From assembly GCA_963785305.1 (NCBI GenBank), contig CAWAUV010000005.1:224001-288000 (forward strand): DNA of 64,000 bases, read 5' to 3'. Made by a program: the position numbers and the translations under genes. How positions within the stretch are numbered: the first letter of the stretch is position 1; each line of letters starts with the position of its first letter. The notes below the pieces were generated by a model. That model was not told where the DNA came from. It saw nothing but the letters and a program-made list of their open reading frames with translations, and searched no databases. Positions 1 through 9,902 of the stretch are shown in pieces. Source of the stretch: an uncultured Planctomycetaceae bacterium. Its GTDB lineage: Bacteria > Planctomycetota > Planctomycetia > Pirellulales > PALSA-1355.

Positions 1-159
1 TCGCTGACCATTGTGCAAGCATCCAATGAATCCGCGGGAATGCCTTGGCGACGGATCGCGCCTCGCCAGTTTTGATTTCACTTGAACGCCTTGCTTGTAG
101 CTGTATGCTGGAGGGGTTCGTCGGCAGCGACTTCTCCAATGGTCGGGTTACAAGGTTCC

Positions 160-816
160 ATGGACGACTATCAGCCGACTTCTCGCCGGCCCATAGCCAA
201 TGCTTTTCGCATGACGGCCAATGGGGCAGTTCGCTTTTGCGTTCGCCTCGGCATTCATCCCGACGCGGTGTCTTATGGTTCGTTGGTTGCCTCGGCCATC
301 GCGGCGGTCTGTTTTTGGTGGGCTGGGCATTGGCATGCGCTGCTCATTCCCGCGGTGCTGCTTTGCTACGTTCGCTTGTGGCTGAACATGCTCGATGGCA
401 TGGTGGCTCTGGCCTCGAACAAGGCGAGCCTGCGCGGCGAGCTGCTCAATGAGCTGCCCGATCGGATTTCCGACGTGATTGTTTTTGCCGGCGTTGCTCA
501 AAGCGGGCTTTGCAGCCCGGTAAGCGGCTATTGGGCTGCAATCTTCGCGGTGCTGACGGCTTATGTAGGAACATTTGGCCAAGCCTTGGGCGTAGGGCGG
601 CAGTTCGGCGGCGTCATGGCCAAGCCTTGGCGGATGGTCGTCTTGAATATCGGCGCCTGGCTCACGCTGGGGCTCCTTGGGACAGGTCGATCCATCGAAC
701 TGGGGTCACTCACCGTGCTAGATTGTAGCAATCTGGTCGTAGTTGTCGGCTGCATCGAAACGATTGCCGTCCGACTGGCCAATATTTTGCGCGGGCTGGC
801 CGCAAAACAAACGTAG
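160..816 (+). CDS. ynbA: CDP-alcohol phosphatidyltransferase family protein (YnbA-like)
   Basis: Family motif NMLDGMVA...GELLNELPDRISD; first gene of a ynbABCD-like operon. The ORF is open from 82; ATG 160 (MDDYQPTSRRPI) chosen as the likely start. Confidence 0.85.
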   Translation: MDDYQPTSRRPIANAFRMTANGAVRFCVRLGIHPDAVSYGSLVASAIAAVCFWWAGHWHALLIPAVLLCYVRLWLNMLDGMVALASNKASLRGELLNELPDRISDVIVFAGVAQSGLCSPVSGYWAAIFAVLTAYVGTFGQALGVGRQFGGVMAKPWRMVVLNIGAWLTLGLLGTGRSIELGSLTVLDCSNLVVVVGCIETIAVRLANILRGLAAKQT

Positions 817-930
817 CGGCATCTCCTGTCGCGGAATCGCATATCTAACGCTCTTACCGGCATCTCCGCATCGTCCACGGACCAACTCTCGCGGCGCGGC
901 GCTGGTCGGGAACAAATCGGAAAGCAGTTC

Positions 931-1878
931 ATGTCTCCGGGCGCGGCATTATCCAGCGATGTGTTTCGCATCTATGCGACGGTTTTGCTCGGGATGGTAA
1001 TTGGCGTCGGACTGTTGCTCGCCGTGCTTGGGTGGGGGCTGCGGCGCGATGTGAGCCACGCTTGGCAGTCGTACTCGTCCTGGTTGGTGATGATACCGCT
1101 AACGCTGCTCGGCATCTTCGCGGGTCGCGTTCCGTGGATCGTGCTTGTGTCGCTTCTGGCGGTCTTCGCCTTTAACGAATACGCTCGCGCGACCGGCTTG
1201 GGCCGGGATTGGTTTATGAGTGGCGTGGTCTATCTGGGCATCGGCGTTACGGGAGTGGTTTCCGCGGTGTACGACCCGGGCCTGCACGTTCCGGGGTGGT
1301 ATGGATTGTTCGCGATCTTGCCGGTCTATGTGATCGCCGCGATCTTGTTGGTCCCGATTCTACGGAACCGTAGCGAGGGTGCGCTTCAAGATATCGCCCT
1401 CGCGATCCTTGGGTTCCTCTACATCGGTTGGATGTTCATGCACTTGGCGTTTCTGGCCAATGCCAAGGACGCCTACGGCTACTTGCTCTACCTGATCTTC
1501 GCCGTCGAAATCAACGATATTGCCGCTTACACCTTCGGTAAACTCTTTGGCCGCCATCCGCTGCGCGGCAACATCAGCCCCAAGAAGACATGGGAAGGCG
1601 CGATCGGGGCCCTGGCGGTGTCGATCGCGTTGCCTTCGGCGCTTCAGTTTTCGTTTCCGCAGTTCGGCGCCGCGGAATTGGTTCTCACCGGGCTGATCGT
1701 GGGCGTCAGTGGTCAACTCGGCGACCTTTCGATGAGTGTGATCAAGCGCGACTTGGGCATCAAAGACATGGGATCGCTGATCCGTGGACATGGCGGCATC
1801 CTCGACCGCATCGACAGTCTAATCTACGTGACCCCGTTGTTCTTTCACATGGTTCGTTGGTTCCACGATCTTTATTAG
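931..1878 (+). CDS. ynbB: Phosphatidate cytidylyltransferase (YnbB/CdsA-like)
   Basis: Motifs ISPKKTWEG and IKRDLGIKDMGSLIRGHGGILDRIDS; multiple TM segments. Confidence 0.9.
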   Translation: MSPGAALSSDVFRIYATVLLGMVIGVGLLLAVLGWGLRRDVSHAWQSYSSWLVMIPLTLLGIFAGRVPWIVLVSLLAVFAFNEYARATGLGRDWFMSGVVYLGIGVTGVVSAVYDPGLHVPGWYGLFAILPVYVIAAILLVPILRNRSEGALQDIALAILGFLYIGWMFMHLAFLANAKDAYGYLLYLIFAVEINDIAAYTFGKLFGRHPLRGNISPKKTWEGAIGALAVSIALPSALQFSFPQFGAAELVLTGLIVGVSGQLGDLSMSVIKRDLGIKDMGSLIRGHGGILDRIDSLIYVTPLFFHMVRWFHDLY

Positions 1879-1920
1879 AACGGCCGGCCGCGTGGCCGAA
1901 TTGCTGGAAGGAATAGTCTC

Positions 1921-3984
1921 ATGAAAGAAGCGCAAGCCGCATCGCCCGATACTCGCGGCGAGTTCGTCGCGGCGGAGCATGCCATGAAGCTGCCCGATGG
2001 CGTCGAACTCTTCTATCGGGCTTGGTTGCCCGCGGCGCCGACCGACAAGGCATTAGTCATCTTTCACCGAGGTCATGAACACTCGGGGCGCGTCCAAGAC
2101 ATCGTCGAAGCGCTCGACCTCGGCGACGTAGCCGTATTCGCGTGGGATGCCCGAGGCCATGGTCGCACGCCAGGAGAGCGTGGCTACGCGCCAAGTTTCG
2201 CCGCGCTTGTGAGCGACATGGACTGCTTCGTCCGCCATGTTTGCGAAACATACGGCAAGCAGCGTGAGAACATCGTAGTGCTGGCGCAGAGCGTGGGCGC
2301 GGTGACCGCCGCCACTTGGGTTCACGACTACGCGCCGAGATTCGCGCGATGATCCTGGCCGCGCCGGCGTTTAAGATCAAACTCTATGTTCCGTTGGCGA
2401 CGTCTGGGCTGAGGCTCTTGCTCAAGTTGCGCAAGAATCGCAAGACATTCATCAAGAGCTACGTCAAATCCAAGATGTTGACTCACGACCCGGAGCAAGC
2501 CCGGCGTTATGACGAGGATTCCCTCATCGCCCGGGCGATTGCCGCGAATGTTCTCGTCGATCTCCGCGACACGTCGGCGCGGCTTATCGACGATGCGGGC
2601 GCCATTCGTACACCGACTCTGCTTTTGGCCGCCGGCGCAGGATTGGGTGGTCGGGCTCGGCCCGCAACGAGCGTTTTTCGAGCGTCTTGGCGCCTCCTTC
2701 AAGCGGATGAAGGTTTTTCCCGGGATGTACCATGATTTGCTGCATGAAAAAGAGGCTCTTCCGTTTGTAAGCGCGGGCGACGCCAAGGCGTATTGTGCTG
2801 GGCGGGATCGCGGAAGCCCTTGCCGACGTGTTCGGGTTAAGAGCCTATCCGACAACTCCCCCAGCTCCCTTTGGGTAGAGGGTAGGGCGAGGGCTCGCGG
2901 ACGTTCTCGGATAGGCCCTTAAGGCCAAACCCCATCCGATCACAACCCGAAGCGTCGGCGAGAGCATGCTCTGCCCAAAACGCGATTTTTCGTCGAACAA
3001 TGCCTTCGGTAACGGAAGAATCGAAAAAGATCGTCATTTGGTGGTCGACGAGGCGCGGCGTTTTATTGAGGAAGCGTTTGATCGGGATAAGAGCCGGCCG
3101 TCACTCCTCGATGCCGATCGCTATGGGTATACGCGTAACGAATATGATCGTCTCACCGAACCTCTGCCGTGGCATTCGCTTAAGGGGCTTGGCTTCCGCC
3201 TGCAAACGCTCGGCCTCAAGACGTTGGGCCGGTTGAGCCGCGGGGTTCGCCTTGGCTGGAGCTCCGGCTTCGATTCCGGCCGGACGCTCGACTATGTCTA
3301 CGAGAACCAGCCACATGGCGAACTCGGAATCGGCAAATTGATCGATCGTTCATATCTCAATAGCATTGGCTGGCGCGGCATTCGCCAGCGGCGGGTGAAT
3401 CTAGAAAAGCTGCTGCGCGAGGCGATTCGTTTGGTCCGGGCCGATGGTCAGCAAGCGCATGTGGTGGACATTGCCGCGGCGCAGGGCGCTACATTCTCGA
3501 AACGCTTCGTGCCTTGGGCGAAGAAGATCTATCGGCCCTGCTTCGCGACAATGTGGCGGCGAATCTTGAAGTCGGTCGGAGCCACGCCGGGAAGATGGGC
3601 CTCCGCAATGTCACTTTCCAACTCGGCGATGCTTTTGATGAAGCGTCTTTGGCTGCCATCCGGCCATCTCCGACCGTGGCCGTGGTCTCCGGACTCTATG
3701 AATTGTTCGGCGACAACGAGATGGTCGGGCGTTCGCTCCGAGGGCTGGCAGCGGCCGTGCCTCCTGGCGGTTGTCTCGTTTACACCGGTCAGCCTTGGCA
3801 CCCCCAGGTTGAGTTGATTGCCCGAGTGCTGATCAATCGCGTCGAACGCCCTTGGATCATGCGTCGTCGCACTCAGGAAGAAATGGACGATTTGGTGCGG
3901 GCCGCAGGGTTCCAGAAAATTGCGCAGGAGATCGACCAGTGGGGAATCTTCACGGTGTCCCTGGCCCGTCGCGTGGCCGATTGA
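1921..3984 (+). pseudogene. ynbC: Bifunctional alpha/beta hydrolase + class I SAM methyltransferase (YnbC-like), interrupted by a 269-bp MITE; additional frameshifts at about 2345, 2640 and 3485
   Basis: FHRGHEHSGR, AWDARGHG, AQSVGA (hydrolase); GFDSGRTLDYVY, YTGQPWHPQVELIARVL, WIMRRRTQEEMD (C-terminal half). HDLLHEK/DRHLVV is split by the insertion at 2754-3022. Confidence 0.85.
2754..3022. mobile_element. Non-autonomous MITE with ISL3-like ends and 8-bp target duplication
   Basis: Ends GGCTCTTCCGTT and (reverse complement) GATTCTTCCGTT match 10/12. Direct repeat GAAAAAGA at 2746-2753 and 3023-3030. Removing the element restores ynbC continuity. Confidence 0.85.
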
Positions 3985-5303
3985 TTTTCGAGGCGAGCGT
4001 TGCATCGATCCTGCTGTCCGGGCTGTTCCTGGTCGTCTACAGCGCCACGAATTGGTTCAGCTCGACGCGATCGCATGTCGGAACATGGTTCTACGATTGG
4101 GAACGCTACATTCCTTTCGTGCCGCTGATGGTCATTCCGTACATGTCGATCGACCTGTTCTTTGTCGCCGCGCCGTTCTTGTGCCGTGATCGCCGTGAGT
4201 TGGGGACCTTTTCACGCCGCATCACTTTGGCGATTCTCGCGGCTGGGTTTATTTTCCTGCTGATGCCGCTGAAGCTGGTTCGCGAACGCCCCGTGGTGGA
4301 CGGATGGATCGGCGCGACGTTTGGCTGGTTCTTCGCCGCGGATCTGCCTTACAACCTGTGCCCATCGCTTCATATTGCCTTGAGAACGATTTTGGCGGAG
4401 ACGTATGTGCGCCACACGCGAGGAATCTTCCATCTCGGGTCGCACTTGTGGTTCAGCCTGATCGGCGTTTCGACGCTGTTGACGTATCAACATCATGTGA
4501 TCGACGTCATGGGCGGCTTCGTGCTCGCGGCCATATGCTTCTATCTCGTGCCAGCAATGGTCCACCGACACGCCGTGACGCCGAATCCTAGAGTCGGTCT
4601 GTATTATCTCGCGACCTCGATGGTCGCGAGCGCCATCGCCATCGTCTTTTGGCCCCAAGGCGGCATTTGCATCTGGCCCGCCGCGGTCTGCCTGATGGTC
4701 GCCTGTGGCTATTTCGGCGTCGGTCCGGGAATCTACCGAAAAGTCGACGGCAAGTTGACCTTGAGCACTCGAATGCTAATGGCGCCGGCGCTACTCGGCC
4801 AGGAATTGTCGCTCATGGTTTACCGGCGGCAGTGTCGTGCCTGGGACGAAGCAGCGGCCGGCGTATGGATCGGTAGAAAACTCTCGAATCGCGAGGCGGC
4901 AGAGGCGGTCGGGCGGGGCGTGGCCGCGGTTTTGGACCTGACGGCCGAGTTCTCGGAAGCGACGCCCTTTTTATCGATACATTATCTGAATGTTCCCATC
5001 CTCGATCTTACAGCCCCCACGCCGGAGCAACTCCAGCAATGCGCGGAGTTCGTGTCCGAGCATGCGGCGCGCGGAGTGGTTTATGTTCACTGCAAGATCG
5101 GGTATTCACGCAGCGCGGCCGTGGTGGGGGCTTACCTCTTGGCGAGCGGGGCGGCTGCTACCGCTGGCGATGCGATGGCCCGGTTGCGAAGCGTTCGCCC
5201 CACGATCGTGATCCGTCCCGAGGCTGTCGGCGCGCTCGAGCGATTTGAAGTTACGATGTGCGAGGGCTCGAGCGTTCAAAGAGAACGGGTTACTATCGGA
5301 TAG
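3981..5303 (+). CDS. ynbD: PAP2-like membrane domain + dual-specificity phosphatase (YnbD-like)
   Basis: WERYIPFVPLMVIPYMSIDLFF, PSLHI, STLLTYQHHVIDV and the PTP loop HCKIGYSRS. Confidence 0.85.
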   Translation: MIFEASVASILLSGLFLVVYSATNWFSSTRSHVGTWFYDWERYIPFVPLMVIPYMSIDLFFVAAPFLCRDRRELGTFSRRITLAILAAGFIFLLMPLKLVRERPVVDGWIGATFGWFFAADLPYNLCPSLHIALRTILAETYVRHTRGIFHLGSHLWFSLIGVSTLLTYQHHVIDVMGGFVLAAICFYLVPAMVHRHAVTPNPRVGLYYLATSMVASAIAIVFWPQGGICIWPAAVCLMVACGYFGVGPGIYRKVDGKLTLSTRMLMAPALLGQELSLMVYRRQCRAWDEAAAGVWIGRKLSNREAAEAVGRGVAAVLDLTAEFSEATPFLSIHYLNVPILDLTAPTPEQLQQCAEFVSEHAARGVVYVHCKIGYSRSAAVVGAYLLASGAAATAGDAMARLRSVRPTIVIRPEAVGALERFEVTMCEGSSVQRERVTIG

Positions 5304-5315
5304 CCATGCCAAGCC

Positions 5316-5409
5316 GGGCGCGCCATGCCCACGCTCGCGTGGGCATGCGGCCTAATGGGCGCTGTTTCGATCGAAGCTCATGCCCACGACAAGCGTGGGC
5401 ATGGCGCCC
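5316..5409. repeat. Inverted pair of REP-like palindromes (REPIN-like doublet)
   Basis: GCCATGCCCACGCTCGCGTGGGCATG (5322-5347) and CATGCCCACGACAAGCGTGGGCATGGCGCCC (5379-5409) are each hairpins and are inverted copies of each other; intergenic. Confidence 0.7.
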
Positions 5410-5519
5410 AGCAAGTATCTCCCGTTCGAGAAGAGCCCCCGGCGGCGGACTGAGACGTTCATTCTGACGTCGGGTCGCTGGGTTCGCGGATCGATAATTT
5501 TCTCTCGTTGTGGCCGCGC

Positions 5520-5548
5520 TTGCTGGGGAGTGTGTTCGTATGTACACT
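5520..5548 (+). promoter_or_regulatory. Sigma70-type promoter of imuA overlapped by a putative LexA box
   Basis: TTGCTG (5520-5525), 17 bp, TACACT (5543-5548), then ATG at 5556. Palindrome TGTTC-GTAT-GTACA (5533-5546) is one mismatch from TGTTC-N4-GAACA. Confidence 0.6.
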
Positions 5549-5555
5549 TCACGGC

Positions 5556-6341
5556 ATGGAGCCCATGCGCCTCGAATTCGCGACTGTTCGTTCCGCGGTC
5601 TCGCTAGACGCGGAAAAGGCTGAAGCCGCGATCGCGGGCTTGGCGGCCGCGCGGGCGGATGTCCTCGTCGCGCTTGCCGAAAAAATCGGGCAGATCGAAG
5701 GACGGCGACCGCCCACGGCGCTCGAGCGGGTCTCCTCCGGTTCGGCGGCGCTCGATGCGATCTTGCCCGCCCGGGGACTGCGGCGGGGAACGCTTGTCGA
5801 GTGGCTGGCGGCTCGGGCCGGCGGCGGGGCGATCACTTGGGCCGTGGCCGCGGCGGCCCAGGCATGTCGGCAAGGCGGCGCCGTGGTGGTGGTCGATCGC
5901 TCGCAATCGTTTCATGCCCCGGCCGCCGCGGCGTGGGGAGTGAGGCTCGAGGCAATGATCGTGGTCCGGCCCGGCAGTCGAGCGGAAGAAACCTGGGCCT
6001 GCGATCAGATTTTGCGCTCGCCCGGCGTGGCGGCATTGCTGGCTTGGCCCGAGCGGCTCGACGACCGAACCTTTCGCCGCTTGCAACTAGCGGCTCAAGA
6101 GGGCGGCGTGTTGGGGCTTTTGGCGCGTCGGGCCGAAGTCCGCGCGACGCCTTCTTGGGCCGATCTGCGCTTGCTTGTCGAGCCGCTTGCCACGGCGCCG
6201 GGCAACGATTTAGCGAGCCCAGGCAAAGCTTTCACGAGCCCAGGCAAGGCGGCGGGGGGGCGGCGTTTTCGGATCGAAATCTTGCATGCTCGCGGAGGCG
6301 GCGCGGGACGCGCGGTCGAGGCGACGCTCCCCGATGGTTGA
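5556..6341 (+). CDS. imuA: ImuA, RecA-like translesion synthesis accessory protein
   Basis: SSGSAALDAILPARGLRRGTLVEW, and RRLQLAAQEG...PSWADLRLLV; directly upstream of imuB. Confidence 0.8.
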   Translation: MEPMRLEFATVRSAVSLDAEKAEAAIAGLAAARADVLVALAEKIGQIEGRRPPTALERVSSGSAALDAILPARGLRRGTLVEWLAARAGGGAITWAVAAAAQACRQGGAVVVVDRSQSFHAPAAAAWGVRLEAMIVVRPGSRAEETWACDQILRSPGVAALLAWPERLDDRTFRRLQLAAQEGGVLGLLARRAEVRATPSWADLRLLVEPLATAPGNDLASPGKAFTSPGKAAGGRRFRIEILHARGGGAGRAVEATLPDG

Positions 6342-6367
6342 GCAAACGAGTCAGGCATTGCGATCTC

Positions 6368-8264
6368 ATGCGTTCTCCGCGATCTCTTTGCGTGTGGCTG
6401 CCGCGTTGGCCGCTTGAGCGGTTGGCGGTTGCTCGCCCGGAACTCGAGGGCGCGGTGCTCTTGTATGAACAGGCCTCGCGCGGCGGACTGCGAGTCGTGG
6501 CGTACGCGCCCGCTTTAAGGCGCCCCGGGCAAGCGGTGTCCCCCGCGATGAAGGCGCCCGCGGCCAACGACGACAGCGCTTCGCTGCCCGACCCCGGCGG
6601 CGCCGGCATTTATCCTGGCATGCCGCTCGCCGAGGCCCTGGCACTGCATGAACACACTTGCTGGCGCCGGGCCGAAAGTCACCGCGCGCGTCGCGGCAAG
6701 CGAAGCCCTTCCGATTCGCGGGCAGCCGCGGAGCAGCCAGCCGCCGACTCCTTCGCGGCCTCGCCAACAATTTTGTCCGCCAAGCTGCATGTCGAAGCGC
6801 ATGATCCGGTGGCCGATCGGCTCGCGCTGCGGCGCTCGCCCAGCGGTTGCAGCAGTTCAGCCCGCGCGTGGGGTTCGAGGAATCGCCGGCGCCCGAAAGT
6901 TTGTTGCTCGATATCGGCGGCTTGGCCGAATTGTTCGATGGCGAAGCTTCCTTGGCCCACCAGCTTTCGCGCTACTTGGCCGAGGCCGGCTATAGCAGTC
7001 GGCTGGCGATCGCCGACACGGCCGGCGCGGCGTGGGCCATGGCCCATCGCCAATCGTCGCGCGCGGCCGCCGAGCGCGTGGTGATTGTGCCGCCGGGCGA
7101 CGAGCGACGAGCGCTGGCGCCGTTGCCACTCGCCGCCTTGCGATTGTCGGCCGAGGTGATCGAAATGCTGACCGAACTCGGCATTCGCTCGATCGGCGCT
7201 CTCGCCGGCTTGCCTCGCGACGCGCTGCATGGCCGCTTCGGGCCGGAGCCGCTACGGCAATTGGATCGGGCCTGGGATGCGCGGGCCGATGTCGTGACGG
7301 CCGAAAAGCCCTGGGAACCGCTCGAGGTCGAGTGGCCGTTTGAGTTTCCCACCGATCGCCGCGCCACGATCGAAGCCGCCGTGGAGCGGCTGCTCGCTCG
7401 ATTGACCGACTCGCTCGCGGCCCAAAGCAAGGGCATCTTGCCGCATAGTGCTCCGCTTGGGCCGCTTGGGGGCGTCGCCGCTCGAGTTTGAAATCACGCT
7501 GTTTCGTCCCACGGCCTCGTCGCGACATGTGCTCGAATTGGCGCGGCTGCGGCTCGATGCGAGCGATGTGCGCCGCTCGCTCGCCACGCCGATCGAGAGC
7601 GTGCGCATCATGGTGCTGGCGGCCGAGCCGCTGCGGGTCGAGCAGCGATCGCTCTTCGAACCCGACGAAGCTCGCGAAGATTCGCGTCAATTGGCGGCCC
7701 TGGTCGATCGGCTCGCCAATCGCTTGGGTAGACACGCGGTGCTGCGGCCGGTGGCGCTGGCCGATGCCCAACCGGAACACGCTTGCCAATATCCGCCGCT
7801 CGACCGAATCGCGCGCGCGCCAGAGTCGCGGCGTTCGACCAGCGCTTTCGCCGGGGCCACGGTCTCCGACCGAATCGCGCATGCGCCAGAGTCGCGGCGC
7901 CCTCGCGCCAACGTCTCGAGAACCAGAGCCTCGCGCGCGGCCCGCGGAGGGCGAGCCGGCGGCGGCGCCCGAAACTCGCGCGGCGGCGCGGCCGGGCGCT
8001 CGGCCGCTACGATTGTTCGCGATATCGCGGCCGCTGGCGGCGCCGACGATCGCGGCCGACGGGGCGCCTCTGGAATTTGTCTTTCGCGGCGAGCACGAGC
8101 GGGTGGTGCGCGCGTGGGGGCCCGAGCGGATCGAGACCGGCTGGTGGCGGGGCCGCTGCTCGCGGCGCGATTATTATCGGGTCGAGACCGCGCGGGGCAG
8201 CCGTTTTTGGCTGTTTCGCCGCCACATTGATGGCCGCTGGTTTTTACACGGCGAATTTGCCTGA
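6368..8264 (+). CDS. imuB: ImuB, inactive Y-family DNA polymerase (frameshifts at about 6835, 7440 and 7930)
   Basis: LCVWLPRWPLER, GIYPGMPLAEA, FSPRVG, LAPLPLAALRL, and C-terminal GPERIETGWW...RRDYYRVE...WFLHGEF. Confidence 0.85.
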
Positions 8265-8302
8265 AAGGAGCCCAGGCCTCAAAACGACGCCCGCTCTCTC
8301 GG

Positions 8303-8329
8303 CGCCCTGTTGGATATTTCAACCGGCTG
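8303..8329. repeat. 27-bp micro-MITE (two abutting terminal inverted repeats), copy 1
   Basis: CGCCCTGTTGGATATTTCAACCGGCTG shares a 23-bp identical core with the reverse complement of 24854-24880; flanks are TCGG/TCAG. Confidence 0.6.
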
Positions 8330-9812
8330 TCAGGGGTCGACCCAACATGCCGGGCCCGAAGAGTCGGCCTTGATATCGCCCGATGAGGACGCCGCACATT
8401 CCGCCGCGCTGGGCGACATTGACGACCTGCTTCTGGGAAGCGCGTCCCATGATGCTGAGCCCATATCGCGAGGGGGCAAACCCCAGCACGGTGTAAAACG
8501 GCTCGATCGCCACCCGGCCATCGGCGCCCACGATCGGAAACTCCGTGACCGGCAAGCTCGCCAGCCGCTGCACGACCCACGGCTCGGGATCGGCGAGCGC
8601 CGCTTCGACCGCCCGTTCCCAATCGGCTTGCGGCAGCCCATGGCCGATCACGATCCGGTCGCCGCCATAGGACCGATTCGGCTTGAGCACCAGCACTTCA
8701 TGCTGCCGCCGCACGAATCGCAACAGGTCGCCGGGCTCGCGGCCATCGGGCAGCGAGGTCTCGCGGTCGGACAGGATGCGCGTCCAGAGCACATGGCGTC
8801 GAAAAATCTGCCGCTCTTCGGCGGTGAAGTATTTTTGCGTAAAACGAAAATCGGTCAGCAGTTCCCAGCAGCTTTTGTGGTCGAAGTCGCCGGCCAGCGA
8901 CGACACGACGCGGTTGTCTTGAAACAATCGCTTGAGCGGCTCGATGTCGACGCCTTCCTCGGCCAGCCGCAAAAGATCGCGAACCTCATAATCGCGATAG
9001 GCGATGTCGATGCGGCAGCCTTCGTAGGTTACTTCGCCATCGACGAGGCTCAATTCCGAGGGATCGGCGTGCATCACATGCAGCCCATGCCGCTGGCGAT
9101 AGTAGTCGGCGAGCGTTTCTTGCTCCTCGGGGCCTTGGAATTCGTATTTCGGTTCGACAAAGCAGAGGTTCTGCCCCGAGCGGCCGATGGTTTGCAAGTG
9201 GTCGAGAATCTCTTGGAGCAGCACTTCGCGGAAGTCGAGCCCTAGTTCCATTTGCACCAGCGGGTCGGTCTCGACCAGCATTGGCAGCACCACTTCGGCC
9301 AGCATCTGATCGCACGCCGGACCGAGATGAATCCCGCCCACGCCGCACAAATTCGGCTCCATGAACTTGAGCGAGTCTTTCCACATCGGGCTCGTGAACT
9401 CAACCACGGCGTCGAGGCGCCCCAGCACCGGATTGGTTTCGCGATGGCTCGGCCCCCAGCAATCGCGGAGCCAGCGATCCTCGGCCTCGGCGAGCGGCAA
9501 AATCGCGCGCACCTCGGCGTCTTCGAGATACAGGTCCGGCAGCCGCTTGAGCGCGTTGAGAATCGTGAGCGAGACATGGTGCGCGTAGGAGAGTTGGTCG
9601 GGCATCACGCCCAGCGGACGGAGCATCACCCGCACCGTTTCCAGCTCGCCGTCGCGAAAGTAGAACAGCTTCCGCCGCTGGGCCGCTTCATCCATGCGGC
9701 GCTGCATGTCGGCCAGCACCGCGGGGGAGAGCGAATAGAATGCTTGGCGCAGCCGACTATCGAGGCCGAGCCCGCTCAGCCCCAATTCCTCGGCCGGTGT
9801 GAGCACGACCAT
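8319..9812 (-). CDS. Circularly permuted ATP-grasp / glutathionylspermidine-synthase-like ligase
   Basis: RLDAVV...LKFMEPN, DHKSCWELL, LVLKPNRSYGGDRIVIG, WVVQR, VVNVAQRGG. Confidence 0.65.
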   Translation of the reverse strand: MVVLTPAEELGLSGLGLDSRLRQAFYSLSPAVLADMQRRMDEAAQRRKLFYFRDGELETVRVMLRPLGVMPDQLSYAHHVSLTILNALKRLPDLYLEDAEVRAILPLAEAEDRWLRDCWGPSHRETNPVLGRLDAVVEFTSPMWKDSLKFMEPNLCGVGGIHLGPACDQMLAEVVLPMLVETDPLVQMELGLDFREVLLQEILDHLQTIGRSGQNLCFVEPKYEFQGPEEQETLADYYRQRHGLHVMHADPSELSLVDGEVTYEGCRIDIAYRDYEVRDLLRLAEEGVDIEPLKRLFQDNRVVSSLAGDFDHKSCWELLTDFRFTQKYFTAEERQIFRRHVLWTRILSDRETSLPDGREPGDLLRFVRRQHEVLVLKPNRSYGGDRIVIGHGLPQADWERAVEAALADPEPWVVQRLASLPVTEFPIVGADGRVAIEPFYTVLGFAPSRYGLSIMGRASQKQVVNVAQRGGMCGVLIGRYQGRLFGPGMLGRPLTAG

Positions 9813-9902
9813 GGCGTTTGCCTCCCTGCTCCCCGCGAGCCCCGCTCAAGGCGATGCATGCTGCTCGCCAGCGCGTTTTCCTGGCGAGTCTTGCCCGACC
9901 GA

